From IMG/VR virus record IMGVR_UViG_3300037466_000352: a stretch of DNA of 55,199 nt; one strand, 5' to 3'. The notes below the pieces were generated by a model. That model saw only the letters and a list, made by a program, of their open reading frames with translations. It searched no databases and was not told where the DNA came from. The position numbers were made by a program, and so were the translations under genes. The stretch is from a virus. Lineage: Duplodnaviria > Heunggongvirae > Uroviricota > Caudoviricetes. Below, in pieces: positions 23,024-32,959 of the stretch (positions within the stretch are counted from its first letter, which is position 1; each line of letters opens with the position of its first letter).

Positions 23024-24843
23024 TGGCAACAACACCACTGATTACCGATCTGGACTTTGATGACATCAAAGCCTCGCTGCGTGCCTATCTGCAAGGTCAA
23101 ACGCAGTTCACGGATTACGACTTCGAAGGTTCGGGTCTGACACAACTGTTGAACATCCTCTCGCTCAACACGCACTACACCGCGTTCCTTGCGAATGGCA
23201 CATTCAACGAAACATTCCTCGATACCGCGATCAAACGGGCCAACAAGGTGTCCCGTGCAAAGGAAATGGGTTATACACCGCGTAGCGCCCGTAGCGCCAC
23301 TGCGACCATCGAAATCGATGTGACCGATCCGACGCAAACACCGACGACGCTGACGCTTCCGCAGTACTCCGTATTTACGACTACCATCAATGGTCGGGAC
23401 TTCACGTTCTACAACATTGAACCGATCAACGCACCGCTCGTAGACGGGTCCTATTCGTTCAGCAACGTCAAGCTGTACGAAGGTACGCTTGTGTCAAACA
23501 CGTTCGTCTATGACGGCGTGTCGGCACCGTATTTCACGATTCCGAATGAGGCCGTCGATCTGACCACATTGACTGTGAAGGTTCAAGAATCGGCGGGTTC
23601 TACCAACGTCACACCGTTCACGTTCTATGACAGCATCATCGGTGTGACCTCGACCACTCAGGCGTACTTCGTTCAAGAGAGTGCGCAAGAACTGTTTCAG
23701 GTCTACTTCGGTGATGGTGCTATCGGTGCATCGCTTCAACAAGGCAACGTCGTCACGTTGACGTATCTGGTTTCGTCTCTCGATGCAGCCAACGTTTCTT
23801 CCTCGAAGTATGCGCAGACGTTCAGCTTTTCTGCTGGGAACATCGGCGGCAATACTACCGTTGCTCTTCGTACGATCAGCAACAGCCAAGGTGGTATCGA
23901 CAAGGAAGACGCTACGTCGATTACGTTAAATGCTCCGTTGGCGATGAAGCGTGCAAGCCGTCTTATCACGTCGGACGACTACATGTCGGCCATCGGCAAC
24001 GCAGAGACAACGGTTCAGTCGATTGCTGTGTGGGGCGGGGAAGAGAACATCCCACCTGTCTATGGCAAGGTGTTCATCTGTCTGAAACCGTACGACGGCT
24101 ACGTTATCTCGGATACGGTCAAGAGCGAAATCACGACAAGCATCATCAACAAGCAAGGCAACATGCTGGTGACGCCGGTTTATGTCGATCCTGACTATGT
24201 GTACCTGACACTGAACATCACGTCCACGTATGACCCGAACGCAACGACAGTGACGGCTACTGACCTCGAATTGTACATCACCAACACGGTCAACACGTAC
24301 TTCACACAGAACCTTGACAAGTTCAAGCAGACGTTCCGCTTCTCGAAGTTGTCTAAGTTGATTGATGCGACCAACGATGCGCTTGATAGCAACATCATGA
24401 CGATGAAGTTGCAGAAGCGAATCACGATGCCTTTCAACTATGCGACGAACATCATCATGTCATTCCCGGTTCCGCTTCTACCCGGAACGATGACATCGAA
24501 CGTGTTCACGTATTCGACGGGCGATCAACTGAATGTGGCATCACTATTCGTTGATGACGGCAATGGCAACGTGTCCGTGCAGAACGCGGCAACTGGTGCT
24601 TTGATTTCTCCTAACGTCGGTACGATCAACTACACGACTGGTGATCTGATCGTGAAGAACTTTGTCATCTCTGGCTTGATTGGCGGGGTTGAGGACATCC
24701 GTATCAACTTCTCACCAAAGAATGCAATCACGGACGTAAGTTCGAATCTGAACCAGATCATCATGCTGGACGATTCAACTGCGATCAGCAACGCAAACAT
24801 CTCTGCTGGCCTCACGGTCGCGGTTATTGCAGATAACGACTAA
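23023..24843 (+). CDS. gp6: Baseplate wedge subunit
   Basis: LDFDDIKASL..YL.GQ..FTDYDFEGSGL..LL..L..NTHY, R.IT..DY, VWGGEEN.PP.YGKVFI. Confidence 0.92.
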   Translation: MATTPLITDLDFDDIKASLRAYLQGQTQFTDYDFEGSGLTQLLNILSLNTHYTAFLANGTFNETFLDTAIKRANKVSRAKEMGYTPRSARSATATIEIDVTDPTQTPTTLTLPQYSVFTTTINGRDFTFYNIEPINAPLVDGSYSFSNVKLYEGTLVSNTFVYDGVSAPYFTIPNEAVDLTTLTVKVQESAGSTNVTPFTFYDSIIGVTSTTQAYFVQESAQELFQVYFGDGAIGASLQQGNVVTLTYLVSSLDAANVSSSKYAQTFSFSAGNIGGNTTVALRTISNSQGGIDKEDATSITLNAPLAMKRASRLITSDDYMSAIGNAETTVQSIAVWGGEENIPPVYGKVFICLKPYDGYVISDTVKSEITTSIINKQGNMLVTPVYVDPDYVYLTLNITSTYDPNATTVTATDLELYITNTVNTYFTQNLDKFKQTFRFSKLSKLIDATNDALDSNIMTMKLQKRITMPFNYATNIIMSFPVPLLPGTMTSNVFTYSTGDQLNVASLFVDDGNGNVSVQNAATGALISPNVGTINYTTGDLIVKNFVISGLIGGVEDIRINFSPKNAITDVSSNLNQIIMLDDSTAISNANISAGLTVAVIADND

Positions 24844-24845
24844 AC

Positions 24846-26576
24846 ATGAACCGGACGATTTCAACCCTGGTGCAGTCGCAGTTCCCGCAATTTGTGCGGG
24901 ACGACTACCCGGCTCTCGTCACGTTCATCCAAGCGTACTACCAGTATCTTGAACAACAGAAGAAACCACAAGATGTTCTGACAAACCTGATGTCCTATCG
25001 TGACATCGACAGGACTCTTGATGAATTTGTTTCCAAGTTTGAGACTGAGTACATTGATGGACTACCGCAGAGCGTCGTAGGCGATAAGCGCCGCTTCATC
25101 AAGCACGTCACTGACCTCTACAACACGAAGGGGACAGAGGAATCGTTTCGTCTTCTGTTTCGTCTTCTGTATGGTGAGGAAATCGAACTGTACTACCCCA
25201 AGCAACAGATGCTTGTTGCCTCGGGCGGCACATGGTCACAACGCAATTCGATTCAGGTCATTCTCGATCAGGACATCTCGCCTGACTGCGTGAACAAGAC
25301 CATCAAGATTTCGACTGTAGATGGCGTCATCAACACCTACATCACGGATGTGGTTGCTTTGAATGTCGAAGAACGTCTGTATGAATTGTTCGTGAACAAG
25401 ACGTTCAACATCTCGCCGAATCCTGGTGATCGGGTGGTGGGTAAGAACTTCGCCGGTACGTGTCAAGCCACTGCCGTTGAAGCAGAAATCCTCACATCGG
25501 GTGCAGGGTTCCACGTCGGTCAGGTCTTTGAAATCAGTTCGGTGTTGGGTTCGGGTGCAAAGGTCAAGGTCACATCGGTAGATTCGAACGGTGCGATCAA
25601 GCGTCTGGCCTTCATCCAATTCGGTACGAACTACGAAGCAGACTTCCAAGTCGCGTTGAATCCAAAGGCACGGACCTCTGGTGCGATCAATCCGTACTCG
25701 TCATACACCAATGGCTTCATCGAATCGGTGTTGGTGACGAAGGTCACGTACTTCGCGTCTGACTACTGTGACATCACCTACTCGGGCCAAATTATCGGGT
25801 CATCGTACACGGATGATTACCGGCCAGACAACGCAATCGATCCAACGGTGACGCCTGCTGTGGTGCAGTTCCACCTTGGTTCCCTGTGTCCATATCGGGG
25901 TGAATACACGTCGGCTGGTGGCTTCCTTAGCGACGTGAACGTGATTCAAGACGGGTACATGTATCAGGACTTCAGCTACGTCATCAAGACCAAGCAGAAG
26001 CTTTCTGACTTCGTATCCATCGTCAAGAAACTGGTTCACCCGACCGGTACTGCGATGTTCTCTGAGATGGACCTTGGGTCAAGCATGGACGTTAGCGCGT
26101 CGTATGACTACGCGAAGGTTCTCTCGGCTGCACTGAAGCTGCTTGAGACGGTGACAGCTAGTGACACCACGATTGCACTGACTACAGGAAAGAATCTCAC
26201 TGATGCTTCGATACCAATCGACATAATTGCGAAGTCCACTGCCAAGGCATTGAACGATACGCAATCTTTGACCGATTCGTGGAAACTATCTACAGGAAAG
26301 AATCTCACCGAAACCCAAACAAGTACTGACGTAATCACACTCAGGACTGTCAAGGCTCTGACCGATTCATCAACTCCGGTTGATTCGATGTCGAAGTCCA
26401 CAACGAAGACTCGTTCAGACTCACTGACAGTGTTGGAAGCGATTGCGCTAAATACTTCAAGGACCATTACTGGCGATACGTTCTCGACCGACGATTCAAA
26501 CATCTCTGCATTGTTGGTTGACTATTGCGACTACACCTATCTCGCCCAAAACTACGTGGGCACCGTTCTCATGTAA
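24846..26576 (+). CDS. gp7: Baseplate wedge initiator (gp7-like) with C-terminal 18-aa repeats
   Basis: QFPQFV..DYP..V.FI.AYY.YLE, Y..KGTEES..LLFRLLY.E, IQDG..YQDFSYV, VHPTG motifs. Confidence 0.75.
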   Translation: MNRTISTLVQSQFPQFVRDDYPALVTFIQAYYQYLEQQKKPQDVLTNLMSYRDIDRTLDEFVSKFETEYIDGLPQSVVGDKRRFIKHVTDLYNTKGTEESFRLLFRLLYGEEIELYYPKQQMLVASGGTWSQRNSIQVILDQDISPDCVNKTIKISTVDGVINTYITDVVALNVEERLYELFVNKTFNISPNPGDRVVGKNFAGTCQATAVEAEILTSGAGFHVGQVFEISSVLGSGAKVKVTSVDSNGAIKRLAFIQFGTNYEADFQVALNPKARTSGAINPYSSYTNGFIESVLVTKVTYFASDYCDITYSGQIIGSSYTDDYRPDNAIDPTVTPAVVQFHLGSLCPYRGEYTSAGGFLSDVNVIQDGYMYQDFSYVIKTKQKLSDFVSIVKKLVHPTGTAMFSEMDLGSSMDVSASYDYAKVLSAALKLLETVTASDTTIALTTGKNLTDASIPIDIIAKSTAKALNDTQSLTDSWKLSTGKNLTETQTSTDVITLRTVKALTDSSTPVDSMSKSTTKTRSDSLTVLEAIALNTSRTITGDTFSTDDSNISALLVDYCDYTYLAQNYVGTVLM

Positions 26577-26584
26577 GGACCAAA

Positions 26585-27031
26585 ATGATTCAAGAAACAC
26601 TGAAGGCCGTAGGTACTCTTCAAATCGTCCTGAAGGACGCAAACGGCAACATCAAGGAAGTGCGCGATCTGAAAAACATCGTCACTTCTGCTGGTAAGGC
26701 GTGGATTGCTGCTGTCATCGGTACAGCCTCGGGTGCGCCAGCACTGATGTCGAACATGGCTATTGGTACGGGTACGACCGCAGCCGACGCATCACAAACA
26801 ACTCTGGTCACAGAAACGGCACGTGTCGTTCTATCGTCAACTGTGGTCAGTGGCAACACTGTGACCTATACGGCGACGTTCGGTGCAGGTCAAGGCACGG
26901 GTGCAGTGACCGAAGCAGGCATCTTCAATGCCGCATCGGCGGGCACGATGTTGAACCGCACAACTTTCTCTGCGATCAACAAGGGTTCTTCGGACACCAT
27001 CTCGATCACGTGGGTTGTAACTCTTCAGTAA
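26585..27031 (+). CDS. Virion structural protein (tail-collar/fibre adaptor-like, 148 aa)
   Basis: AAGGA RBS; N..T..G, MAIGTGTT, L..E..R, TEAGIFN, ISITW.VT motifs typical of tail-associated beta proteins. Confidence 0.7.
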   Translation: MIQETLKAVGTLQIVLKDANGNIKEVRDLKNIVTSAGKAWIAAVIGTASGAPALMSNMAIGTGTTAADASQTTLVTETARVVLSSTVVSGNTVTYTATFGAGQGTGAVTEAGIFNAASAGTMLNRTTFSAINKGSSDTISITWVVTLQ

Positions 27032-27037
27032 TAAACC

Positions 27038-28582
27038 ATGACTGATTACGTTCTCAAGAATTCCATTCACATGGTCGTATGCGAGACGATCCTTGCGGAC
27101 ATTCGTTCGCAGCGCTCGTCTTACTTCTTCTTCGTGGGCGGTCTTCAGATTCCGGGCGTCAACGTCTCGACTACTGCCGATCCGTCATATGCCTATGAAT
27201 TGGATGCTCGGAACGAAATCGTCTCGCTGAAGAGAATCCAGTCTTCCGATGTCTCGGTCGTGATTCCTCGTTACGATTGGGTATCGGGACTGGTGTATGA
27301 CTACTACGATGACTACACGCCATCGTTCCCAGCATACTCGGGCGCAACTGACATCTCGCAGGCCAAGTTCTACGTTATGAACTCTCAGTTCAACGTGTAC
27401 AAGTGCCTGTCGAATAACGTCAATAGTCCGTCCACTGTTGAACCGACAACGACCCTTGCGGCCCCGTTCTACACGGCTGATGGGTATCGTTGGAAGTACA
27501 TGTACTCGATTCCGTTGTCGATGCGTAATCGCTTCCTGAATAGCGCGTACATGCCAGTGCAAACCGCACTGACCTCACAGTTCTATTCGGCAGGCCAGAT
27601 CACATCGACCGTGATTCTGAACAAGGGCACCGGATACACAACTGCATCTATCGTCATCGAAGGTGATGGTAGTGGCGCAGTGTTGACGCCTGTCATCTCT
27701 AACGGCCAAATCGTACAGATAGTCGTAACGAATGCGGGTTCAGGATACACCTACGCCAACATCACAGTATCGGGTGACGGCACAGGCGCGCAAATCGTCG
27801 CAGACCTATCGGTTGGTGATCTGAACACATCACAGGCCGATGTTGAACTGTTGGCTGTGGCGGGTTCTCTCGAAGCCTACCGGATCACAGACAACGGTGC
27901 TGGTTACACGCAAGCAACCGTGACCATCACGGGCGACGGCACAGGTGCAGCAGCACACGTTGTTATCAGTAACAACAAGATCGTTGCATTGGTTGTCGAT
28001 AACCCCGGCCAGGGCTACACCACGGCCACAGTGACTATCACTGGTGACGGATTGGGCGCAACTGCGATCCCTGTCATCTCACCTTGGGGTGGTCATGGCA
28101 AAGACGCTGTAAGTGAACTGTGTGGTCAACGTCTCTCGTTCTTCAGCAACCTTCTGAACGACAAGAATCAGGGCTTGCAGATCAGCAATCAGTTCCGCCA
28201 GATCGGCATCGTCAGCAACCTTCGGGTGTATGGCAGTGACCAGTATTTCACGGACTTGAATGCAAGTGCGTTGGTGCTGATTAACTTCAGCGGACCATCA
28301 CCGGATGCAGACGATGTGTTGACCGAACAGAACACGGGAAAGCGATACCGAGTGATTCAGGTCAGCGGTACTCAAATGGTGGTGCAAAACCTCGACAACT
28401 TCGAACTTCAAGGGAACTCAGTCCTGTTGAATAGCGAGTCTGGTAGCCAGATCGGCGCTGTTACGGTGGTGAATCCACAGGTCGATAAGTTCTCTGGTGA
28501 TCTACTGTTCATCGATAACTTCGGTATCAACCAACAGGCCGGTCAGCAGATCATCATTTTCAAGACAACTCTCAAATTCTAA
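27038..28582 (+). CDS. gp8: Baseplate wedge subunit with inserted beta repeats
   Basis: VIPRYDW.SG..YD.Y, YVMNS.FNVYKCL.N, DGYRWKYMY.I, HGKDA..EL, GDLLFIDN motifs. Confidence 0.85.
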   Translation: MTDYVLKNSIHMVVCETILADIRSQRSSYFFFVGGLQIPGVNVSTTADPSYAYELDARNEIVSLKRIQSSDVSVVIPRYDWVSGLVYDYYDDYTPSFPAYSGATDISQAKFYVMNSQFNVYKCLSNNVNSPSTVEPTTTLAAPFYTADGYRWKYMYSIPLSMRNRFLNSAYMPVQTALTSQFYSAGQITSTVILNKGTGYTTASIVIEGDGSGAVLTPVISNGQIVQIVVTNAGSGYTYANITVSGDGTGAQIVADLSVGDLNTSQADVELLAVAGSLEAYRITDNGAGYTQATVTITGDGTGAAAHVVISNNKIVALVVDNPGQGYTTATVTITGDGLGATAIPVISPWGGHGKDAVSELCGQRLSFFSNLLNDKNQGLQISNQFRQIGIVSNLRVYGSDQYFTDLNASALVLINFSGPSPDADDVLTEQNTGKRYRVIQVSGTQMVVQNLDNFELQGNSVLLNSESGSQIGAVTVVNPQVDKFSGDLLFIDNFGINQQAGQQIIIFKTTLKF

Positions 28583-28588
28583 GAAGAC

Positions 28589-29626
28589 ATGTCCTACACA
28601 ATCGTTTATCGCAGCGTAAAAGGGTCGCCTCTTACGAATAGTGAGGTTGATGGCAACTTTCAGGCGCTTGACCAGAACAAAGCCAATATTGATGGTTCAA
28701 CACCGTTCACGGGTACTGTTACTGCGCCGACGTTCAGTGGCAACCTTACGGGCACCGTGACAAGCCCTGGTGCGTCTGCATTCACATCACAGACGTACAT
28801 CGGCTATAACGCAGCGGCGAATGCAGAAGTCGATTTCATGTTCAAAACGAACAACCTTCTGCGCCACTACACGGCAGTCACGGGTACGAATGGTCAGTAC
28901 TTGCAGCAGTGTATTGCTGACGACACTGGTACATCTAAGGGCACTGTGTACGTGATTGATCGTCAGAGCGGTGTCTTGACGTTCCAGACGTTCCCACAAA
29001 TCACCGGTTCGCTTGCTCTCACCGACAACAGTGCGAACGTCGTCACGTCGTCATGGGTTCAAGGTCAGGGATACATCACGGCCAACGGTACGGCTAAGTA
29101 TGTCACTACGATCACGTCAGCACAGGTCACAGGCGCACTGACGTACACGCCTGTTCAACAAGGTACGGGTGTTGGTCAAGGCACGAACGCAATCAAGATT
29201 GGTTGGGGTTCGAACACCGGTAACGGCGTGAAGATCACGGTTGATTCGACCGATCAGGGTTTTGTGCCGATGTCTTCAACTGCGCCGGGAACGTTCACGT
29301 ACTCGGGCAACATCGTTGCAACTGGCAACGTGACGGCATACTCGGATGAATCGCTGAAGAAGAATTGGGAAACGCTGTCAGATACATTTGTCGAAGACCT
29401 TGCATCCGTCAAGGACGGTACGTTTGATCGAGAAGACCTCGATAACGAACGTCAGGTTGGTGTCTCGGCGCAGTCTCTACAAGCGATCCTTCCTGAAGCA
29501 GTACAACAAAACGAAGACGGTCTTCTGTCGGTGTCGTATGGCAATGCGGCACTCGTCGCGGCTATCGAACTGGCAAAGCGTGTGGTCGAACTGGAACAGC
29601 GGTTGGCAGCACTCGAAGGAAAATAA
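28589..29626 (+). CDS. Tail fibre with C-terminal intramolecular chaperone (peptidase S74); gp37-like role
   Basis: N-terminal R..KG.PLT..EVD.NF; YSDESLKKN...GVSAQ.LQ.ILPEAV...SVSYGN + coiled coil. Confidence 0.85.
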   Translation: MSYTIVYRSVKGSPLTNSEVDGNFQALDQNKANIDGSTPFTGTVTAPTFSGNLTGTVTSPGASAFTSQTYIGYNAAANAEVDFMFKTNNLLRHYTAVTGTNGQYLQQCIADDTGTSKGTVYVIDRQSGVLTFQTFPQITGSLALTDNSANVVTSSWVQGQGYITANGTAKYVTTITSAQVTGALTYTPVQQGTGVGQGTNAIKIGWGSNTGNGVKITVDSTDQGFVPMSSTAPGTFTYSGNIVATGNVTAYSDESLKKNWETLSDTFVEDLASVKDGTFDREDLDNERQVGVSAQSLQAILPEAVQQNEDGLLSVSYGNAALVAAIELAKRVVELEQRLAALEGK

Positions 29627-29629
29627 TCC

Positions 29630-30874
29630 ATGACAATCAAAACGTCTGGCACTCTCTCAATGACGGACGTTGCAAGCGAGTTCGGCGTCACCATCGGTGC
29701 ATCGTATCCCGTCTCGCTGTCGGCGTTCTATCGTGGTGGTTCATATGTTCCGAATGGTGCTGCTGCGAACGTGAACGTGCCTTCCTCGGGCACGATTTCT
29801 CTTGCTAGTATGTACGGTGCTTCGAAGGTTCTTACACTGAACCTCACGTCAAGCACCTACAACTTCAATCTGAAAAACGCAATCAATGGTGCATATGGTA
29901 CACAATCGAGCGCCATTGTTGTTGCATTGACTATCAACTCTGGTGTCACTGTTGGTGCATCAAATAGTTGGTGGGCACTCGACATCGGTCAATTCCCGGC
30001 TGGTTCGATCATCACGATCAACAACTACGGTTCGATCCAAGGTCAACCGGGTGCTGGTGGTGGTTATTACTCTGGCGGTGGTCAAGGCGGTCACTGTATC
30101 AATGCGGCCTATGGGTCGCAGACGATGACCATCAACAACTACAGTTCTGGTCAAATCATTGCTGGTGGCGGTGGTGGTGGTTCTGGTGGCCCTGGTGGTC
30201 AGGGCGGAAGCGGTGGTGGTGGTTACTACAACTACAACTATTGGTCGCCTGCCCAATGGAGCCAAGCAGCCGGGAATTACTATTTCGTCGAATGGGATTC
30301 ATATCACAACTATTACTACTACTATTGGGGCAACACTCTTGTTGCATCTGGTAGTGGTAATCCTGGTCAGGTAGGCAACTATCTGCGCCAAGGTCAGATG
30401 ACAACTGGTACGGGATATTCTGGCGGCGAGAACGGGGTCAACTATACAATCTATTACTACGCCATTTCCCAATTGTGGACAGGTACGACATACACAAGTG
30501 GTGGTGCTGGTGGCGGTGGTGGTATTGGTGGTGCTGGTGGTCACGGAACTGGTTATGGTACATCGGCGGTTGCGGGTGCTGGTGGTGCTGGTGGTGCTGG
30601 TGGTGGTGCTCCGGGCACGAATGCTGGTTGGGGTGGTACTGGTGGTACTGGTGGTACGGGCGGCTCTGGCGGTGGTTGGGGCGCTTATGGTGGTCAAGGC
30701 GCAACCGGACAAACCGGATACACGGGTGGGGCCGGAAATAGCACTGGTGGTGCTGGTGGCGTACCGGGCACTGGTGGTGCGGGTGGTGGTGCTCCTGGCT
30801 ATTATCTGTATCGCAATGGTTCCGCATGTACGATCAACAATAGTGGCGGCTGGCTTGCTGGCCTTCTGAGTTAA
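29630..30874 (+). CDS. Gly-rich receptor-binding adhesin (gp38-like)
   Basis: SGTLSMTDV..EFG...SLS.FYRGG..VP..SGTISL N-domain; ITINNYGSIQG..GAGG, IIAGGGGGG and polyGly tracts as in T2/S16 gp38. Confidence 0.75.
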   Translation: MTIKTSGTLSMTDVASEFGVTIGASYPVSLSAFYRGGSYVPNGAAANVNVPSSGTISLASMYGASKVLTLNLTSSTYNFNLKNAINGAYGTQSSAIVVALTINSGVTVGASNSWWALDIGQFPAGSIITINNYGSIQGQPGAGGGYYSGGGQGGHCINAAYGSQTMTINNYSSGQIIAGGGGGGSGGPGGQGGSGGGGYYNYNYWSPAQWSQAAGNYYFVEWDSYHNYYYYYWGNTLVASGSGNPGQVGNYLRQGQMTTGTGYSGGENGVNYTIYYYAISQLWTGTTYTSGGAGGGGGIGGAGGHGTGYGTSAVAGAGGAGGAGGGAPGTNAGWGGTGGTGGTGGSGGGWGAYGGQGATGQTGYTGGAGNSTGGAGGVPGTGGAGGGAPGYYLYRNGSACTINNSGGWLAGLLS

Positions 30875-30879
30875 AAGAA

Positions 30880-31305
30880 ATGGCAGACACAACAAATCTC
30901 AAATACGTGATCGATGGTTTCGATCAGGATCACATGGTTCTTTTTGTGACTTTCCCTGATGACCACAAGAAGGTCAACATCGGTGTATCGAAGCTTCCGA
31001 CATCACAAGCAGAACTTGATGCCATCGTGAAGCCTTTTGCCGCACCTGTCGAAACGGCTGCATCCGACATCGCAGCGGTGAAGTCGGCAGACCCATCGTT
31101 CATCAAAGGGTTGGTCGGCAAGACCCAAGTGACGGTACGATATTCGACTGAACAGGCAGCAGCGGCAGCGATTGCAGGATCAGGAAGTTCTAACGATCTA
31201 GTGGTCGGTGGCACAACGGATGTCAAGTCGAACATCAAGGCCGCTGACGAAGCCTACATCAAGAAGCTGATCGAAGACGTACTGGCGACAAAGGCAGCAA
31301 GCTAA
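30880..31305 (+). CDS. Fibre-associated hypothetical protein (141 aa)
   Basis: Tightly spaced after the adhesin; three beta strands then helices, with an Ala-rich linker. Confidence 0.75.
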   Translation: MADTTNLKYVIDGFDQDHMVLFVTFPDDHKKVNIGVSKLPTSQAELDAIVKPFAAPVETAASDIAAVKSADPSFIKGLVGKTQVTVRYSTEQAAAAAIAGSGSSNDLVVGGTTDVKSNIKAADEAYIKKLIEDVLATKAAS

Positions 31306-31307
31306 TC

Positions 31308-32267
31308 ATGAGTGACACGGCACAATACTACTTTCATCGGTCATTGATGCCGCCACTCTCGAAGCCTTCGGAAGTTCCCTACATTTACGATAGGACGCAG
31401 ACCTTGTTTCCGCGTCCCGAAATCAAATGTCTCACTCCGATTGGTGATCCGAATGGCGAGAAGCATACCGTCGATGAACTGATGGCGAACCGCGTACAGG
31501 AAATCGTTGCGGCTGCAAATGGTCGTAAGATCGCGGTATGCTGGTCTGGTGGGCTTGATTCGACCTCGGTGCTGCTGGCCTTCATGGAAGTACTGAAAGC
31601 GGCTGACATCACTGTTATTATGAACCAGAAGAGCATTGACGAGTATCCGTTGATGTACAACGAACTCATCAAGGATCAGTGTCCAATCATCGAGATGCCT
31701 GAGTTCGCCGTCGAAGCCACGATGAACAAAGTCGTCAAGGATGGCTACGTGGTTGTCACTGGCGAGATTGGCGATCAGATGTTCGGTTCGATCAAGTTCA
31801 TGGAGTATGCCGATCAGGCAGACCTCTTGAAGCCCTGGACAGAAATCCTCAAGGGCGTCTCTGGTGACACGCAGAATTCCTATCAGACCTTGGTTGCTGC
31901 ATGTCCGGTTCCGATGACAACGGTTAAGATGTTCTGGTGGTGGTTCAACTATGTCATCAAGTACCAAGGCGTTCAGCTTCGGATGTTGATTAGTGCCCCC
32001 GATACGAGACTAAATGATAATGTCTTCCACTTCTTTGACAACAAACAGTGGAACGACTGGTGTCTCTACACCGATCAGGAAGTACGTTATCCGGGCAGTG
32101 ACCCGCTGATGTACAAGAAGCCACTGAAGGACTACATCCTAGATAAGACTGGCGATCAGGACTACTACGCCAACAAGGGCAAGGTTCGATCACTCGTCAT
32201 CTATCGTGGAACACTGGCGCGCATCTACGAATCCGACAAGATTGACATTAACTGGAACCGATCATGA
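31308..32267 (+). CDS. PP-loop ATP pyrophosphatase, asparagine-synthetase (AsnB) synthetase-domain-like, no glutaminase domain
   Basis: IAVCWSGGLDSTSV (SGGxDS) and VVTGEIGDQMFGS (AsnB SGEGADELFgGY equivalent). Confidence 0.8.
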   Translation: MSDTAQYYFHRSLMPPLSKPSEVPYIYDRTQTLFPRPEIKCLTPIGDPNGEKHTVDELMANRVQEIVAAANGRKIAVCWSGGLDSTSVLLAFMEVLKAADITVIMNQKSIDEYPLMYNELIKDQCPIIEMPEFAVEATMNKVVKDGYVVVTGEIGDQMFGSIKFMEYADQADLLKPWTEILKGVSGDTQNSYQTLVAACPVPMTTVKMFWWWFNYVIKYQGVQLRMLISAPDTRLNDNVFHFFDNKQWNDWCLYTDQEVRYPGSDPLMYKKPLKDYILDKTGDQDYYANKGKVRSLVIYRGTLARIYESDKIDINWNRS

Positions 32268-32929
32268 TTTTGAAGCAAGGCCGCATCACATCGCAACACA
32301 ACGGAAAAGAAGCATTCATCGAAAAGGCTTACGGGTACGAATTCAAATTCGAAAGCACAAACGATACCGGAACGTGGTACGGCCTGTGTACGCAAGACCT
32401 GATTGTTGACATCGACGACAATCCACGCGTGTTCATCAACAAGAACCGCGTGTTCTCGCTTCCGGGTGAACACTTCGAGGCCCGCACTGATCGAGGACTA
32501 CCAGGGGACCTGTTTCTGATCTTCATCGAAGGTTTCGTTGGTCAAGAAGTGACTGGTGTCAAGGTTGAATGGGAAGGTCGTCTGAAGTACATCGACGGCT
32601 GTACAGATTCGTTGTTGATCTATGCGCCACGTCTTGGTGATCCATGCCTGAATCATCTACACTTCCCTGAAGGCATCGACCAAACGTTCCACACTCACCC
32701 ATCGATCCGTCTCGGTATTGTCTATGAAGGCAGTGGCAAAGCGTGTTTCAAAGATGGTGAAGTTGAACTGGAACAGGGCGACATCTTCTGTATCGAGGTT
32801 GATGAACTTCATCGATTCCGTACCCCTGAAGGCAAGATGAACATCATCGCCTTTCACCCAGACAGCGATACTGGTCCGACTGATGAAGACCATCCGATGT
32901 TGAATCGGACCATCATTCCGAAAGAATAA
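32264..32929 (+). CDS. Cupin-domain protein
   Basis: QTFHTHPSIRLGIVYEGSG...LEQGDIFCIEVDELHRF: cupin motifs 1 and 2. Confidence 0.8.
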   Translation: MILKQGRITSQHNGKEAFIEKAYGYEFKFESTNDTGTWYGLCTQDLIVDIDDNPRVFINKNRVFSLPGEHFEARTDRGLPGDLFLIFIEGFVGQEVTGVKVEWEGRLKYIDGCTDSLLIYAPRLGDPCLNHLHFPEGIDQTFHTHPSIRLGIVYEGSGKACFKDGEVELEQGDIFCIEVDELHRFRTPEGKMNIIAFHPDSDTGPTDEDHPMLNRTIIPKE

Positions 32930-32959
32930 TTGCTGTTTGTGGCATTTTCGCAAAGAATA

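Noticed and set aside
30040-30800. GGT/GGC-rich repeats in the adhesin as a possible CRISPR array, VNTR or DGR variable region
   Set aside because: They are in-frame glycine codons with no spacer periodicity. No template repeat differing only at adenines and no reverse transcriptase occur in the window.
31308-32267. QueC (7-deazaguanine DNA modification) assignment for the PP-loop protein
   Set aside because: It lacks the QueC C-terminal CxxCxxC zinc motif, has the AsnB-type TGE.GD..FG motif, and no folE, queD, queE or dpdA neighbours are present in the window.
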